Source: a virus. From it: 40,530 nucleotides of DNA. The stretch is from positions 1-40,530 of IMG/VR virus record IMGVR_UViG_3300044959_000025, one strand, 5' to 3'. A program made the position numbers and the translations under genes. A model generated the notes under the pieces. It had not been told where the DNA came from. It did not search any database and saw only the letters and a list, made by a program, of their open reading frames with translations. This document shows positions 1-6,375 of this stretch, in pieces. The stretch's first letter is position 1; each line of letters opens with the position of its first letter.

Positions 1-20
1 TTTTTTTTTGTCCATCGCGT

Positions 21-49
21 TTGACACTAAACGCGCACCATGCTATGTT
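21..49 (+). promoter_or_regulatory. Sigma70-like early promoter P1 (TTGACA-N17-TATGTT); second copy at 40424-40452 within the overlap
   Basis: TTGACA at 21-26, 17-nt spacer, TATGTT at 44-49. It lies just downstream of the terminator at 40385-40412 and upstream of the 188..1081 gene. Confidence 0.6.
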
Positions 50-62
50 CACCATGCGTTGT

Positions 63-92
63 TTGACAAGTGAATCGGACCGAACGTATTGG
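63..92 (+). promoter_or_regulatory. Possible second tandem promoter P2 (TTGACA-N18-TATTGG)
   Basis: Perfect -35 at 63-68, but a weak -10 (tattgg at 87-92) that lacks the final T. Confidence 0.3.
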
Positions 93-187
93 GCCGCGCG
101 CGCGGTCCGATGCGACACTCGCGCATGGGCGCATCATGTGTCGTATGTCATCCGTGCGCGGCCTACTCACAGAAAGGAACAAGACCT

Positions 188-1081
188 ATGGCGACCATCT
201 CCAATGATCCCGTCACGCTTGCCGTGAAGGCGTATGAGGCGAGCGAGGGATTTTCTCAGAAGGCGGAAGCGGCATTTGCCGCGTTCGTCTATCACTGTGA
301 CGCTATCCTGTCGGACCCGGAACGCGGCGCTTTCGCGCCAAGCGCGGAATGGGTCCCATGGGAACAGGGGAAGCGCCGCCGTGATTTGGCCAATGCGCTG
401 CGGGGCATCCTGTTCGGCGATGATCCTTTGCCGAGCAAGAGGAAGGTCGGCGCGACCGCCTACAACAAGGCGCGCGCCGAGCGCACCCGGCAACAGCGCG
501 CCTGCGATCAGGCCGTTGCGGCAATCGCGGGTATCCGGCGCGGGCAGTCTGCCACCAGCCGCGCGCCGGAGTGGCGCAATGGCGAGTTGTTGCTTCCGCT
601 GGACTACTTTGTGCCAGCGGATATTCTCGCCAGCGTCAATCTTGTGATGCTGTTCGGCAACAAGATAACGAAGCCGCCGAAGCCGGGTGAGTCCTACATG
701 CTGCCAATGACGTCCACCACTAGCGAACACACTGTTCGCTATGTGACGTCAGACAAGGAAGGAAACCCGGTCGAAGCGTTCACCCGAATCAGGGTGACGC
801 GCGCCAGCATTGCCAAGATTGGCGCACCGCCCAAGGCGGAACGCGAGAATGAGGAAGGCGACCGAAACGAGACTGATCCTGTCGCGCGCGTTCCGCTTCC
901 TCAGGCTACGGCAGCGCTTCATTCCGCGCTTGCTGCGGCAGATTATGTCGTGGCAGGTGATGCGGCAGACGCGTTCCTTGACTTGCTCCGCGCTTGGCGA
1001 GATGCCAGCCCGGCGAACCGCAAGGCGCTTCTGGATATCGCTACGGAACCTGCGGCGAGCATCGCGCAAAGCGCCGCATGA
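188..1081 (+). CDS. Hypothetical immediate-early protein (297 aa), visibly GC-rich
   Basis: The ORF is open from 89. The ATG at 188 has gaaaggaa about 8 nt upstream. It sits downstream of P1/P2 and is followed by a palindrome hairpin and an intrinsic terminator. No motif recognised. Confidence 0.75.
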   Translation: MATISNDPVTLAVKAYEASEGFSQKAEAAFAAFVYHCDAILSDPERGAFAPSAEWVPWEQGKRRRDLANALRGILFGDDPLPSKRKVGATAYNKARAERTRQQRACDQAVAAIAGIRRGQSATSRAPEWRNGELLLPLDYFVPADILASVNLVMLFGNKITKPPKPGESYMLPMTSTTSEHTVRYVTSDKEGNPVEAFTRIRVTRASIAKIGAPPKAERENEEGDRNETDPVARVPLPQATAALHSALAAADYVVAGDAADAFLDLLRAWRDASPANRKALLDIATEPAASIAQSAA

Positions 1082-1086
1082 CGTCA

Positions 1087-1112
1087 GGCCTAGGCCAGCA
1101 ATGGCCTAGGCC
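1087..1112 (+). other. Hairpin made of two self-complementary GGCCTAGGCC decamers separated by agcaat
   Basis: ggcctaggcc at 1087-1096 and 1103-1112, giving a 10-bp stem and 6-nt loop just after the stop at 1081. Confidence 0.7.
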
Positions 1113-1122
1113 ACCCCTACGA

Positions 1123-1157
1123 GCCCCACACGGAGCCCCCGTGTGGGGCTTTTTTTT
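1123..1157 (+). terminator. Rho-independent terminator
   Basis: Stem gccccacacgg (1123-1133) pairs with ccgtgtggggc (1139-1149); 5-nt loop; T8 run at 1150-1157. Confidence 0.85.
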
Positions 1158-1278
1158 GTCCTATCCCTAGGCATCTTTGCCTAACCCCCCTGACTGCGTG
1201 CCTATCCCCACACCCCTCCCCAGCGCAAATAATGCGTGACGCCCGGGCGCGGATGGCCTAGCATGTCCTGCCAGACAT

Positions 1279-1309
<31 letters not shown>

Positions 1310-1368
1310 TGCACACAAGTTGTGGGTGCCACGTGGTGTCGTGACGCAACTAATGTGGGGTGTCGGGC

Positions 1369-1397
1369 TTGACAGTAATGCATTTGTGTGGTATATA
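1369..1397 (+). promoter_or_regulatory. Strong sigma70-like promoter P3 (TTGACA-N17-TATATA)
   Basis: TTGACA at 1369-1374, 17-nt spacer, TATATA at 1392-1397, about 100 nt upstream of the 1495 gene. Confidence 0.7.
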
Positions 1398-1420
1398 TAC
1401 AGACAAGTCGTGAGGTGAGT

Positions 1421-1437
1421 GCACAACATGTGCACAT
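1421..1437. promoter_or_regulatory. Palindrome/hairpin copy 1: GTGCACA-ACA-TGTGCAC (putative operator or 5' leader hairpin)
   Basis: 7-bp arms and a 3-nt centre, about 24 nt downstream of the P3 -10. It shares the 13-mer GCACAAC(A/T)TGTGC with three other sites. Confidence 0.6.
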
Positions 1438-1494
1438 TCTTTCACGATAACCTGTAGCAATGGTGCTGCAGGTTGTTAGAAGGAGGCACAACTA

Positions 1495-1818
1495 GTGAAT
1501 GACGAAAAGAGTGTTCGCGCTGACGTTTCGTCGAGCGCAAAGGCGTTCCTCAGCAACGTCAAGCAGGTGGCCATCAAGGCATTTGATGGCCGCATCAGCG
1601 TGGTCCTCGTCACTGAGGACCGGCCTGTGTATGCCTGTGCGTTCGATCCCGAAGACATTCAGCGCGTGGTCAATTACGCGCAGCGCAGCGTCAATGCACT
1701 GAATGTGCTGCGCAACGCGAAGAACGACATGGTGGCAGCCATCCAGGCCGTCCGTGTGCTCACGGATTGTGACATCAAGACTGCGAAGGACATTGTGGAA
1801 ACGCTGCTGAATCAGTAG
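1495..1818 (+). CDS. Early protein with a ribosomal L7/L12 C-terminal-domain-like segment (107 aa)
   Basis: GTG start 8 nt after AGGAGG (1481-1486). The C-terminal MVAAIQAVRVLTDCDIKTAKDIVE aligns with E. coli L7/L12 [24 protein letters not shown] (about 13 of 24 identical by eye). Confidence 0.75.
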   Translation: MNDEKSVRADVSSSAKAFLSNVKQVAIKAFDGRISVVLVTEDRPVYACAFDPEDIQRVVNYAQRSVNALNVLRNAKNDMVAAIQAVRVLTDCDIKTAKDIVETLLNQ

Positions 1819-1826
1819 CGTTTCAT

Positions 1827-1891
1827 GGGAGTGAGCACAACTTGTGCTCGCTCCCTCTCGAAGAACCGCTGCATGGTGCGGCGGTTCTTTG
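1827..1891 (+). promoter_or_regulatory. Composite intergenic element, copy A: 13-bp-stem hairpin with ACT loop, then the conserved GAACCGCTGCATGGTGCGGCGG hairpin
   Basis: Hairpin 1 at 1827-1855 (one G-T pair). Hairpin 2 at 1859-1891. It starts about 9 nt after the stop at 1818 and runs into the SD of the 1909 gene. Confidence 0.7.
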
Positions 1892-1908
1892 TGGGGGAGA
1901 CACAACAA

Positions 1909-2082
1909 ATGTGCAAGAGCGGAGACAAACTAAAGGCCAGCCCTTGTGAGGCTGCGTTGTCAGTTGTTGCGGCACAACTTGACAACGTCATCTCTGCGCT
2001 AGAAGCGGAGCAGCACGAGCACGCGTGGGAACTGCTGCACGAGTTGCGATACATGGTGCGCAATGTGCAGATGGGAGGCTGA
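1909..2082 (+). CDS. Hypothetical small protein (57 aa)
   Basis: ATG at 1909 follows gggggaga-cacaacaa. The upstream part of the ORF (from 1825) is occupied by the hairpin element. Confidence 0.6.
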   Translation: MCKSGDKLKASPCEAALSVVAAQLDNVISALEAEQHEHAWELLHELRYMVRNVQMGG

Positions 2083-2084
2083 AC

Positions 2085-2312
2085 ATGACGTTTGATGAAG
2101 CGTGCCGCGCCGTCGTGCGCGCAGCCAAGGGTGCGAAGCCTGGGCATGGGCTGCAATATGCAGCAGCCTACGCGCAGGCTGGCATAGGCATGACAGGTGA
2201 GGAGCGTCGTGTACAGGCGCTCTATATCCTAGCCAACCTCACCACCTGGCGTGGTGAGGAAGCACAACAAGTAAAGGCTGTGCTGCGTGACGCCAGCAAG
2301 AAGGTGGGCTAA
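2085..2312 (+). CDS. Hypothetical small protein (75 aa)
   Basis: ATG at 2085 lies 6 nt after GGGAGG and starts 3 nt after the previous stop. Confidence 0.7.
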   Translation: MTFDEACRAVVRAAKGAKPGHGLQYAAAYAQAGIGMTGEERRVQALYILANLTTWRGEEAQQVKAVLRDASKKVG

Positions 2313-2476
2313 TGCGCAACTGGCGTGCTTGGCTGCAAGCCTTCATTGACTTGGTTGCTATGACCATCCTACTGTGTGTGCTGGTCGTGGCCATCACGTT
2401 GTTGTTTGGCACAGAGAAGCAGGCCAATGACTTAGGCTTGTTGTTTCTGTCCGTGCGGCGTAGCCTAGGACTGTAA
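2312..2476 (+). CDS. Small predicted membrane protein (54 aa; below the ORF-track cutoff)
   Basis: TAATG stop/start overlap with the previous gene. Hydrophobic stretch MTILLCVLVVAITLLF. Translated by hand. Confidence 0.5.
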   Translation: MRNWRAWLQAFIDLVAMTILLCVLVVAITLLFGTEKQANDLGLLFLSVRRSLGL

Positions 2477-2496
2477 ACAAGCATGAGGAGGATGCA

Positions 2497-2682
2497 ATGA
2501 TCAGCACTGAAAACAGGAAGGGCCTCGGCACCCTGACCTATGACCATATCCTCAAGACGCACGGAGCGGCAGCGGCAGAAGAATGGCGGCGCAAGCGCAG
2601 AAAGGCGCTCGCCAAGAAGCGTGCGCAGCACGAGAAAAACGTTGCTGCGCGTGCATTCCATAATCGCAGCAAGACGCGGTAG
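2497..2682 (+). CDS. Small highly basic protein (61 aa), possibly nucleic-acid binding
   Basis: GAGGAGG lies 6 nt upstream of the ATG. Arg/Lys-rich C-terminal half (RRKRRKALAKKRAQHEK). Confidence 0.7.
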   Translation: MISTENRKGLGTLTYDHILKTHGAAAAEEWRRKRRKALAKKRAQHEKNVAARAFHNRSKTR

Positions 2683-2689
2683 AACGTGT

Positions 2690-2752
2690 GGGTGGCTGCA
2701 CAACTTGTGCAGCCACTCCTTCCCGATGAACCGCTGCATGGTGCGGCGGCTC
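2690..2752 (+). promoter_or_regulatory. Composite intergenic element, copy B (paralog of 1827-1891)
   Basis: Hairpin at 2690-2718 (ACT loop). An identical 22-mer gaaccgctgcatggtgcggcgg at 2728-2749 matches 1863-1884. It starts 8 nt after the stop at 2682. Confidence 0.7.
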
Positions 2753-2772
2753 CTTGTGAAGGAGGACCTACA

Positions 2773-2844
2773 ATGCCAAAAGTTATCTACTCCGCAAACA
2801 GGCAGGCAGGCAGACAGGCAGCACTGCCCAATGCAGCGTCTTGA
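2773..2844 (+). CDS. Mini-ORF (23 aa, MPKVIYSANRQAGRQAALPNAAS) containing the CAGG repeat
   Basis: AGGAGG lies 7 nt upstream of the ATG. Translated by hand. Coding status is uncertain. Confidence 0.35.
   Translation: MPKVIYSANRQAGRQAALPNAAS
2799..2821 (+). repeat. Imperfect (CAGG)n tetranucleotide repeat (CAGG x3, CAGA, CAGG, CAG)
   Basis: Counted directly. It lies inside the mini-ORF 2773..2844. Confidence 0.9.
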
Positions 2845-2877
2845 GCACACTGGCCTTGAAGGTGATGGAGAAGAGTA

Positions 2878-3099
2878 ATGAACAAGACATTCATCCGCTA
2901 CTTCATTTATGCATCTGACGACCCGGACGACAAGGAGTTGGACATTGACCCCATGGTTGTGTGTGCATCACCAGCCGATGCTGATGCACACGTTGATGAG
3001 TTGTTGTGGGAGTATGACTATGTGTGGGTGGACGAAGTGACTTGTGTTGCTGCAGTCCGCTTGCTTGAACGTGAAAGAGGTGAGGACTACAAACACTAA
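2878..3099 (+). CDS. Small acidic early protein (73 aa)
   Basis: ggagaag upstream of the ATG. About 19 Asp/Glu of 73 residues by my count. Confidence 0.7.
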   Translation: MNKTFIRYFIYASDDPDDKELDIDPMVVCASPADADAHVDELLWEYDYVWVDEVTCVAAVRLLERERGEDYKH

Positions 3100-3103
3100 C
3101 AGG

Positions 3104-3132
3104 TTGACAGTGACAGCAGACTGCTGTATAAT
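3104..3132 (+). promoter_or_regulatory. Consensus sigma70 promoter P4 (TTGACA-N17-TATAAT)
   Basis: TTGACA at 3104-3109, 17-nt spacer, TATAAT at 3127-3132, 30 nt upstream of the 3163 gene. Confidence 0.8.
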
Positions 3133-3162
3133 GCATATTGCGCTCTAGGAAAGGAGGCAGAC

Positions 3163-3606
3163 ATGAAGCGCATTCACATTGGTTCTGTGTCCTCCGGCAC
3201 GACACGGTTGGAGGACATTGGTCCTGCCGTCCTCGATGTAGCACTTGATGTGCTGCCGAGTGACGAAAGGTTCGATGAACTGCTTCGTGATGCTCACGAG
3301 GCAGACGAGCGCGAGTGGTCGGGCGAATACGACAGTGAAGTGCTGGATGAACTCATTGACGCGATCAATGAGTTCTGCCCGCCATACGTGTATTTCGGCG
3401 CGCACTCTGGCGACCCTGCAGACTTCGGCTTCTGGCCAGACTTCGATGCCATCGAACAAGATGTGCGCGATGGCGTGATCCTCAAGACAGATGGGGACGT
3501 GCCAGAAGACTGGCGTGGTTATGTGTTGCAGGTGAATGACCACGGCAACACAACCATGTGCTTTGCAACACGGAAGGGAGTGGAGGTGCTATGGGACTGC
3601 GTGTGA
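3163..3606 (+). CDS. Strongly acidic early protein (147 aa); candidate DNA mimic or anti-restriction protein
   Basis: AAAGGAGG RBS. About 34 Asp/Glu against about 12 Lys/Arg by my count. First gene after the consensus promoter. Confidence 0.8.
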   Translation: MKRIHIGSVSSGTTRLEDIGPAVLDVALDVLPSDERFDELLRDAHEADEREWSGEYDSEVLDELIDAINEFCPPYVYFGAHSGDPADFGFWPDFDAIEQDVRDGVILKTDGDVPEDWRGYVLQVNDHGNTTMCFATRKGVEVLWDCV

Positions 3607-3824
3607 CTGACATAGGTCACCTGCAGAACTGCCACATTGATTGGGATGCCATGAGCGACGAGCAGTGTCGCAAATGGGAATACATCCATAACTGCATGAA
3701 TGCTGCAGGCTTCAAGATCGCTGCCAAGCACATGGCAGAGATTGTGCACATGGTGAGCAGCCCAAAGGCGCTGCGTGCATTGGAACGTGCATGGCAGCGA
3801 TATGCAGGCAGAAAGGAGCCATAA
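3591..3824 (+). CDS. Hypothetical protein (77 aa)
   Basis: The ATG at 3591 is preceded by ggagg and overlaps the upstream gene end by 16 nt. The ORF is open from 3558. Confidence 0.6.
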   Translation: MGLRVTDIGHLQNCHIDWDAMSDEQCRKWEYIHNCMNAAGFKIAAKHMAEIVHMVSSPKALRALERAWQRYAGRKEP

Positions 3825-3825
3825 C

Positions 3826-4032
3826 ATGTTCCAGAGGCGACATTTCAAGGTGTTGTCTGAATGGGTATGCAGCCGTGCCGACGTGTCAGAAGCGGCATGC
3901 CTGTCATTGGCAATCATGCTCAAGATGCACAGTCGGCACTTCAAGGCAGTGCGCTTCTTCCAAGCATGTGGCTACAGCAGAGACGACGCAAACAGGCTCG
4001 CAGAGCGCGTGGACAAGGAGTGCGGGATATGA
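3826..4032 (+). CDS. Hypothetical protein (68 aa)
   Basis: The ATG at 3826 lies 7 nt after aaaggag. The ORF is open from 3775. Confidence 0.6.
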   Translation: MFQRRHFKVLSEWVCSRADVSEAACLSLAIMLKMHSRHFKAVRFFQACGYSRDDANRLAERVDKECGI

Positions 4033-4385
4033 AGTTGAATCCGGACTTCAAGGCCAAGTGGGTAGCTGCATTGCGCAGTGGTCAGTATGTGCAGGCACGC
4101 AACCAACTCATTGCAGACTACGAGATGCCGGACGGCAGACAGGCATTGTGCTGCCTCGGCGTTGGGTGTGTTGCCAGTGGCATACCTGCAGTCAACTTGC
4201 ATGGCTTCAAGTTGCCTACTCTACTTCATGTGCATGGTTGGTGGCAGGAACATGGTGATGGTGACGGCTCACCATGTGACCCTGCCGTGATGGTGAACGG
4301 CAAATACTACACACTGTCAGATTTGAACGATCGGCTCAGACTGACGTTTGAAGAGATTGCCGACATCATCGAGCAACAACTGTGA
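4029..4385 (+). CDS. Hypothetical Cys-containing protein, tandem paralog A (118 aa; MKLNPDFKAKWVAALRSG...)
   Basis: ATGA overlap with the upstream stop. AAGGAG lies 8 nt upstream. It shares KWVAALRSG, CCLGVGCV and LSD(L/V)ND(R/K)LRL..E(E/Q)IADIIEQQL with the next gene. Confidence 0.75.
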   Translation: MKLNPDFKAKWVAALRSGQYVQARNQLIADYEMPDGRQALCCLGVGCVASGIPAVNLHGFKLPTLLHVHGWWQEHGDGDGSPCDPAVMVNGKYYTLSDLNDRLRLTFEEIADIIEQQL

Positions 4386-4399
4386 AAGGAGAATGTGCT

Positions 4400-4756
4400 A
4401 TGAAGTTGAAGCCAGAGTTCAAGACTAAGTGGGTTGCTGCACTGCGCAGCGGCAACTACAAGCAGGCATACCATTCCCTTGTTGACTGGGATCCATCTGA
4501 ACAGGGCCCACGTGCCTTCTGCTGCCTTGGTGTTGGATGTGTTGTGAGTGGCGTGGACCCAAAGGACCTTATCAACCTCAACTTGCCTACGAGGTCACAT
4601 GTAGATGACTGGTGGGACGGTGACGGTGGCCCCTATGTTTCACCGTATGACCCTTGGGTGCGTGTGTATGGTCTTGACTATAAGTTGTCCGATGTGAACG
4701 ACAAACTCAGGCTGAACTTCGAGCAGATCGCAGACATCATCGAGCAACAACTTTGA
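4400..4756 (+). CDS. Tandem paralog B (118 aa; MKLKPEFKTKWVAALRSG...)
   Basis: aaaggag upstream. Same length as paralog A, same conserved blocks, and an identical C-terminal IADIIEQQL. Confidence 0.75.
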   Translation: MKLKPEFKTKWVAALRSGNYKQAYHSLVDWDPSEQGPRAFCCLGVGCVVSGVDPKDLINLNLPTRSHVDDWWDGDGGPYVSPYDPWVRVYGLDYKLSDVNDKLRLNFEQIADIIEQQL

Positions 4757-4757
4757 C

Positions 4758-4988
4758 ATGCACACATTCCCAATGCAGCCGAGGCGGTCACTCACAGTGC
4801 ATCGCCTCGCTGACTGCTGGATTGTCTGGTTGTCAGGGTCACACTTGACTGTAAACCAGACATACGCTATACTCTACGACAGTGGTCACGTAGAGTATGT
4901 GAAGCAGACAAGTGACCACTACGACGTGGTGCGTATTGCACCACAAGAGCAACAGAAGGAGCAGAAAGGTGAGCAACACAATGAATGA
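4758..4988 (+). CDS. Hypothetical protein (76 aa)
   Basis: The ORF fills the gap between flanking genes, but there is no clear RBS. Confidence 0.45.
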   Translation: MHTFPMQPRRSLTVHRLADCWIVWLSGSHLTVNQTYAILYDSGHVEYVKQTSDHYDVVRIAPQEQQKEQKGEQHNE

Positions 4989-5274
4989 CGTCGAGATGGA
5001 GCGTGCGCTCCGCACTGCCACTGCGTGGGCTAAGGACACCGTGGCAAAGACATGGCTCGAGTTTGAGCCCGATGCCTACAACCCGCAGCCAGAAATCCGC
5101 TACACCAACCGTAGTGTGTGGGAACTCACACTCTACAAGGATGGGCGAGCGTTTGTGTCCTGCGGTCCCATGCTGTCACAAGCAGTGGCAGACATGGTGC
5201 TGCAGATCAACAACCACTTCAACAACAAGAAGGAGGCAGTGCTGCTGCTTCAGGCCTCCACTGAGGAGGGCTAA
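4981..5274 (+). CDS. Hypothetical protein (97 aa)
   Basis: The ATG at 4981 follows aaaggtgag and overlaps the previous stop (ATGAATGA). Confidence 0.65.
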   Translation: MNDVEMERALRTATAWAKDTVAKTWLEFEPDAYNPQPEIRYTNRSVWELTLYKDGRAFVSCGPMLSQAVADMVLQINNHFNNKKEAVLLLQASTEEG

Positions 5275-5688
5275 ATGGCCACGTTCACAGACAAACTGAT
5301 CACGGCCTTCCGCAACCTTGGCGTCAAGAATGGCACCAAGTATCCTGCGGCGGTCAACAGTCCTGACGTGCAGGCTGCCATCGAGTATGCAATGGCATCT
5401 GCATTGTCGAAGGCTGCGGAAGAACGCAAGCAGATAGCACGCCAAGCCGTGATGCCGCTCGTCGAGCGGTATCAAGACAACCTCGGCACACACGTTGTCG
5501 TGGACTCGCCATTTGTCACGCTCACTGCACAAGTTGTGCGTGGTGCGCGACGCTTGGACGAGAGGCTGCTGCTTGACAACATCATGAAGCAGTGCAACCT
5601 CGACAAGCGTGCAGCACAATCTCTGATTGACCAGAGTAAGGTCACTGGAGACAACCAGTTGCGGCTGACTGCCACATTGGCAGAGTAG
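5275..5688 (+). CDS. Hypothetical protein (137 aa)
   Basis: GAGGAGG upstream. The ATG immediately follows the previous stop. Confidence 0.75.
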   Translation: MATFTDKLITAFRNLGVKNGTKYPAAVNSPDVQAAIEYAMASALSKAAEERKQIARQAVMPLVERYQDNLGTHVVVDSPFVTLTAQVVRGARRLDERLLLDNIMKQCNLDKRAAQSLIDQSKVTGDNQLRLTATLAE

Positions 5689-5817
5689 CCCACTGCGTCT
5701 AGGAGTGGGGAGCGTTCCTCCTTTCCGCTGAGTCCCCTGCTGGCAGCGCGCTGCGCTGCGTGCCGCAAGGACTAACCCCACTGAGCGGCACACCTGTTTC
5801 AACCATTGGAGCATCGT

Positions 5818-6033
5818 ATGAGCAATGTCATATCACTCACACCCAAGACTGTGCGTGGCCGCACGCGCAACTGTGCGTGGTCGTATAGTTACGACCGCAA
5901 CACACGCACGTGGACATGGCGCGTCGAGGTGGCTATCGAACCACAAGTGTTCTCTGGCACTGCTAACTCTGAGCAGGAAGCCAAGCAGGTGATCCACTCT
6001 ATCATATACAGTGGAAAGGTGCCATCTCGATGA
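5818..6033 (+). CDS. Hypothetical protein (71 aa)
   Basis: ggag lies 7 nt upstream of the ATG at 5818 (an alternative ATG is at 5806). It follows a 129-nt intergenic gap. Confidence 0.6.
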   Translation: MSNVISLTPKTVRGRTRNCAWSYSYDRNTRTWTWRVEVAIEPQVFSGTANSEQEAKQVIHSIIYSGKVPSR

Positions 6034-6042
6034 GACGACAAC

Positions 6043-6375
6043 ATGAAGGACACACCATTTGACAGGCAACTGTTTGTCACCATGACACCGCAAGAACAGT
6101 TGGCGTGGCTGAACCAGTTGCGCGAACGCAGGCTGGCAACCGTCAGGATGTATCAGCAGAAGATGGCACAGATAGCCGCTGACAAGCGTGCTAAACTGAC
6201 TGCCAAACTTGAACGTGCGTTCGTTGCGATGGAGAAGGCATACGCCAAGTTTGAGGAAGCATCAACCAAACTGGATGTGCGCATCACTACGATGCACGCA
6301 TTGCTTGCCATGACAGAGGACGCAGATGAAGAACAGCGAGATACGGGAACTGCTGAGGGGGAAGATTATTCCTGA
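6043..6375 (+). CDS. Hypothetical coiled-coil-like protein (110 aa)
   Basis: Helix-rich, Lys/Glu/Ala-rich sequence. Weak RBS. Confidence 0.6.
   Translation: MKDTPFDRQLFVTMTPQEQLAWLNQLRERRLATVRMYQQKMAQIAADKRAKLTAKLERAFVAMEKAYAKFEEASTKLDVRITTMHALLAMTEDADEEQRDTGTAEGEDYS

Larger units (their letters stand above)
1..127. repeat. Terminal overlap, left copy (identical to 40404-40530); marks a closed or complete genome
   Basis: Direct comparison of both ends. The repeat starts in the T9 run and ends at gcgcatg. It carries promoters P1 and P2. Confidence 0.95.

Noticed and set aside
89-187. N-terminal extension of the first ORF (start at 89)
   Set aside because: The extension overlaps promoter P2 and has no RBS. 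The ATG at 188 has a good SD-like gaaaggaa upstream.
2461-2472. A 12-nt exact repeat tagcctaggact (also at 39690-39701), plus several other CCTAGG palindromes (1087-1112, 1166)
   Set aside because: The repeat is short and has only two copies in unrelated contexts (a coding 3' end and the intergenic region). This may reflect CCTAGG over-representation rather than a functional element, so I note it without interpreting it.
1827-2718. N4-type hairpin promoters (stems with 3-nt loops) implying a virion RNA polymerase
   Set aside because: There is no gene of N4 vRNAP size, and I saw no T7-like or DxDGD-type polymerase motif, including in the 1395-aa protein. Host sigma70-like promoters are present. 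I kept this only as a remote alternative in the palindrome finding.
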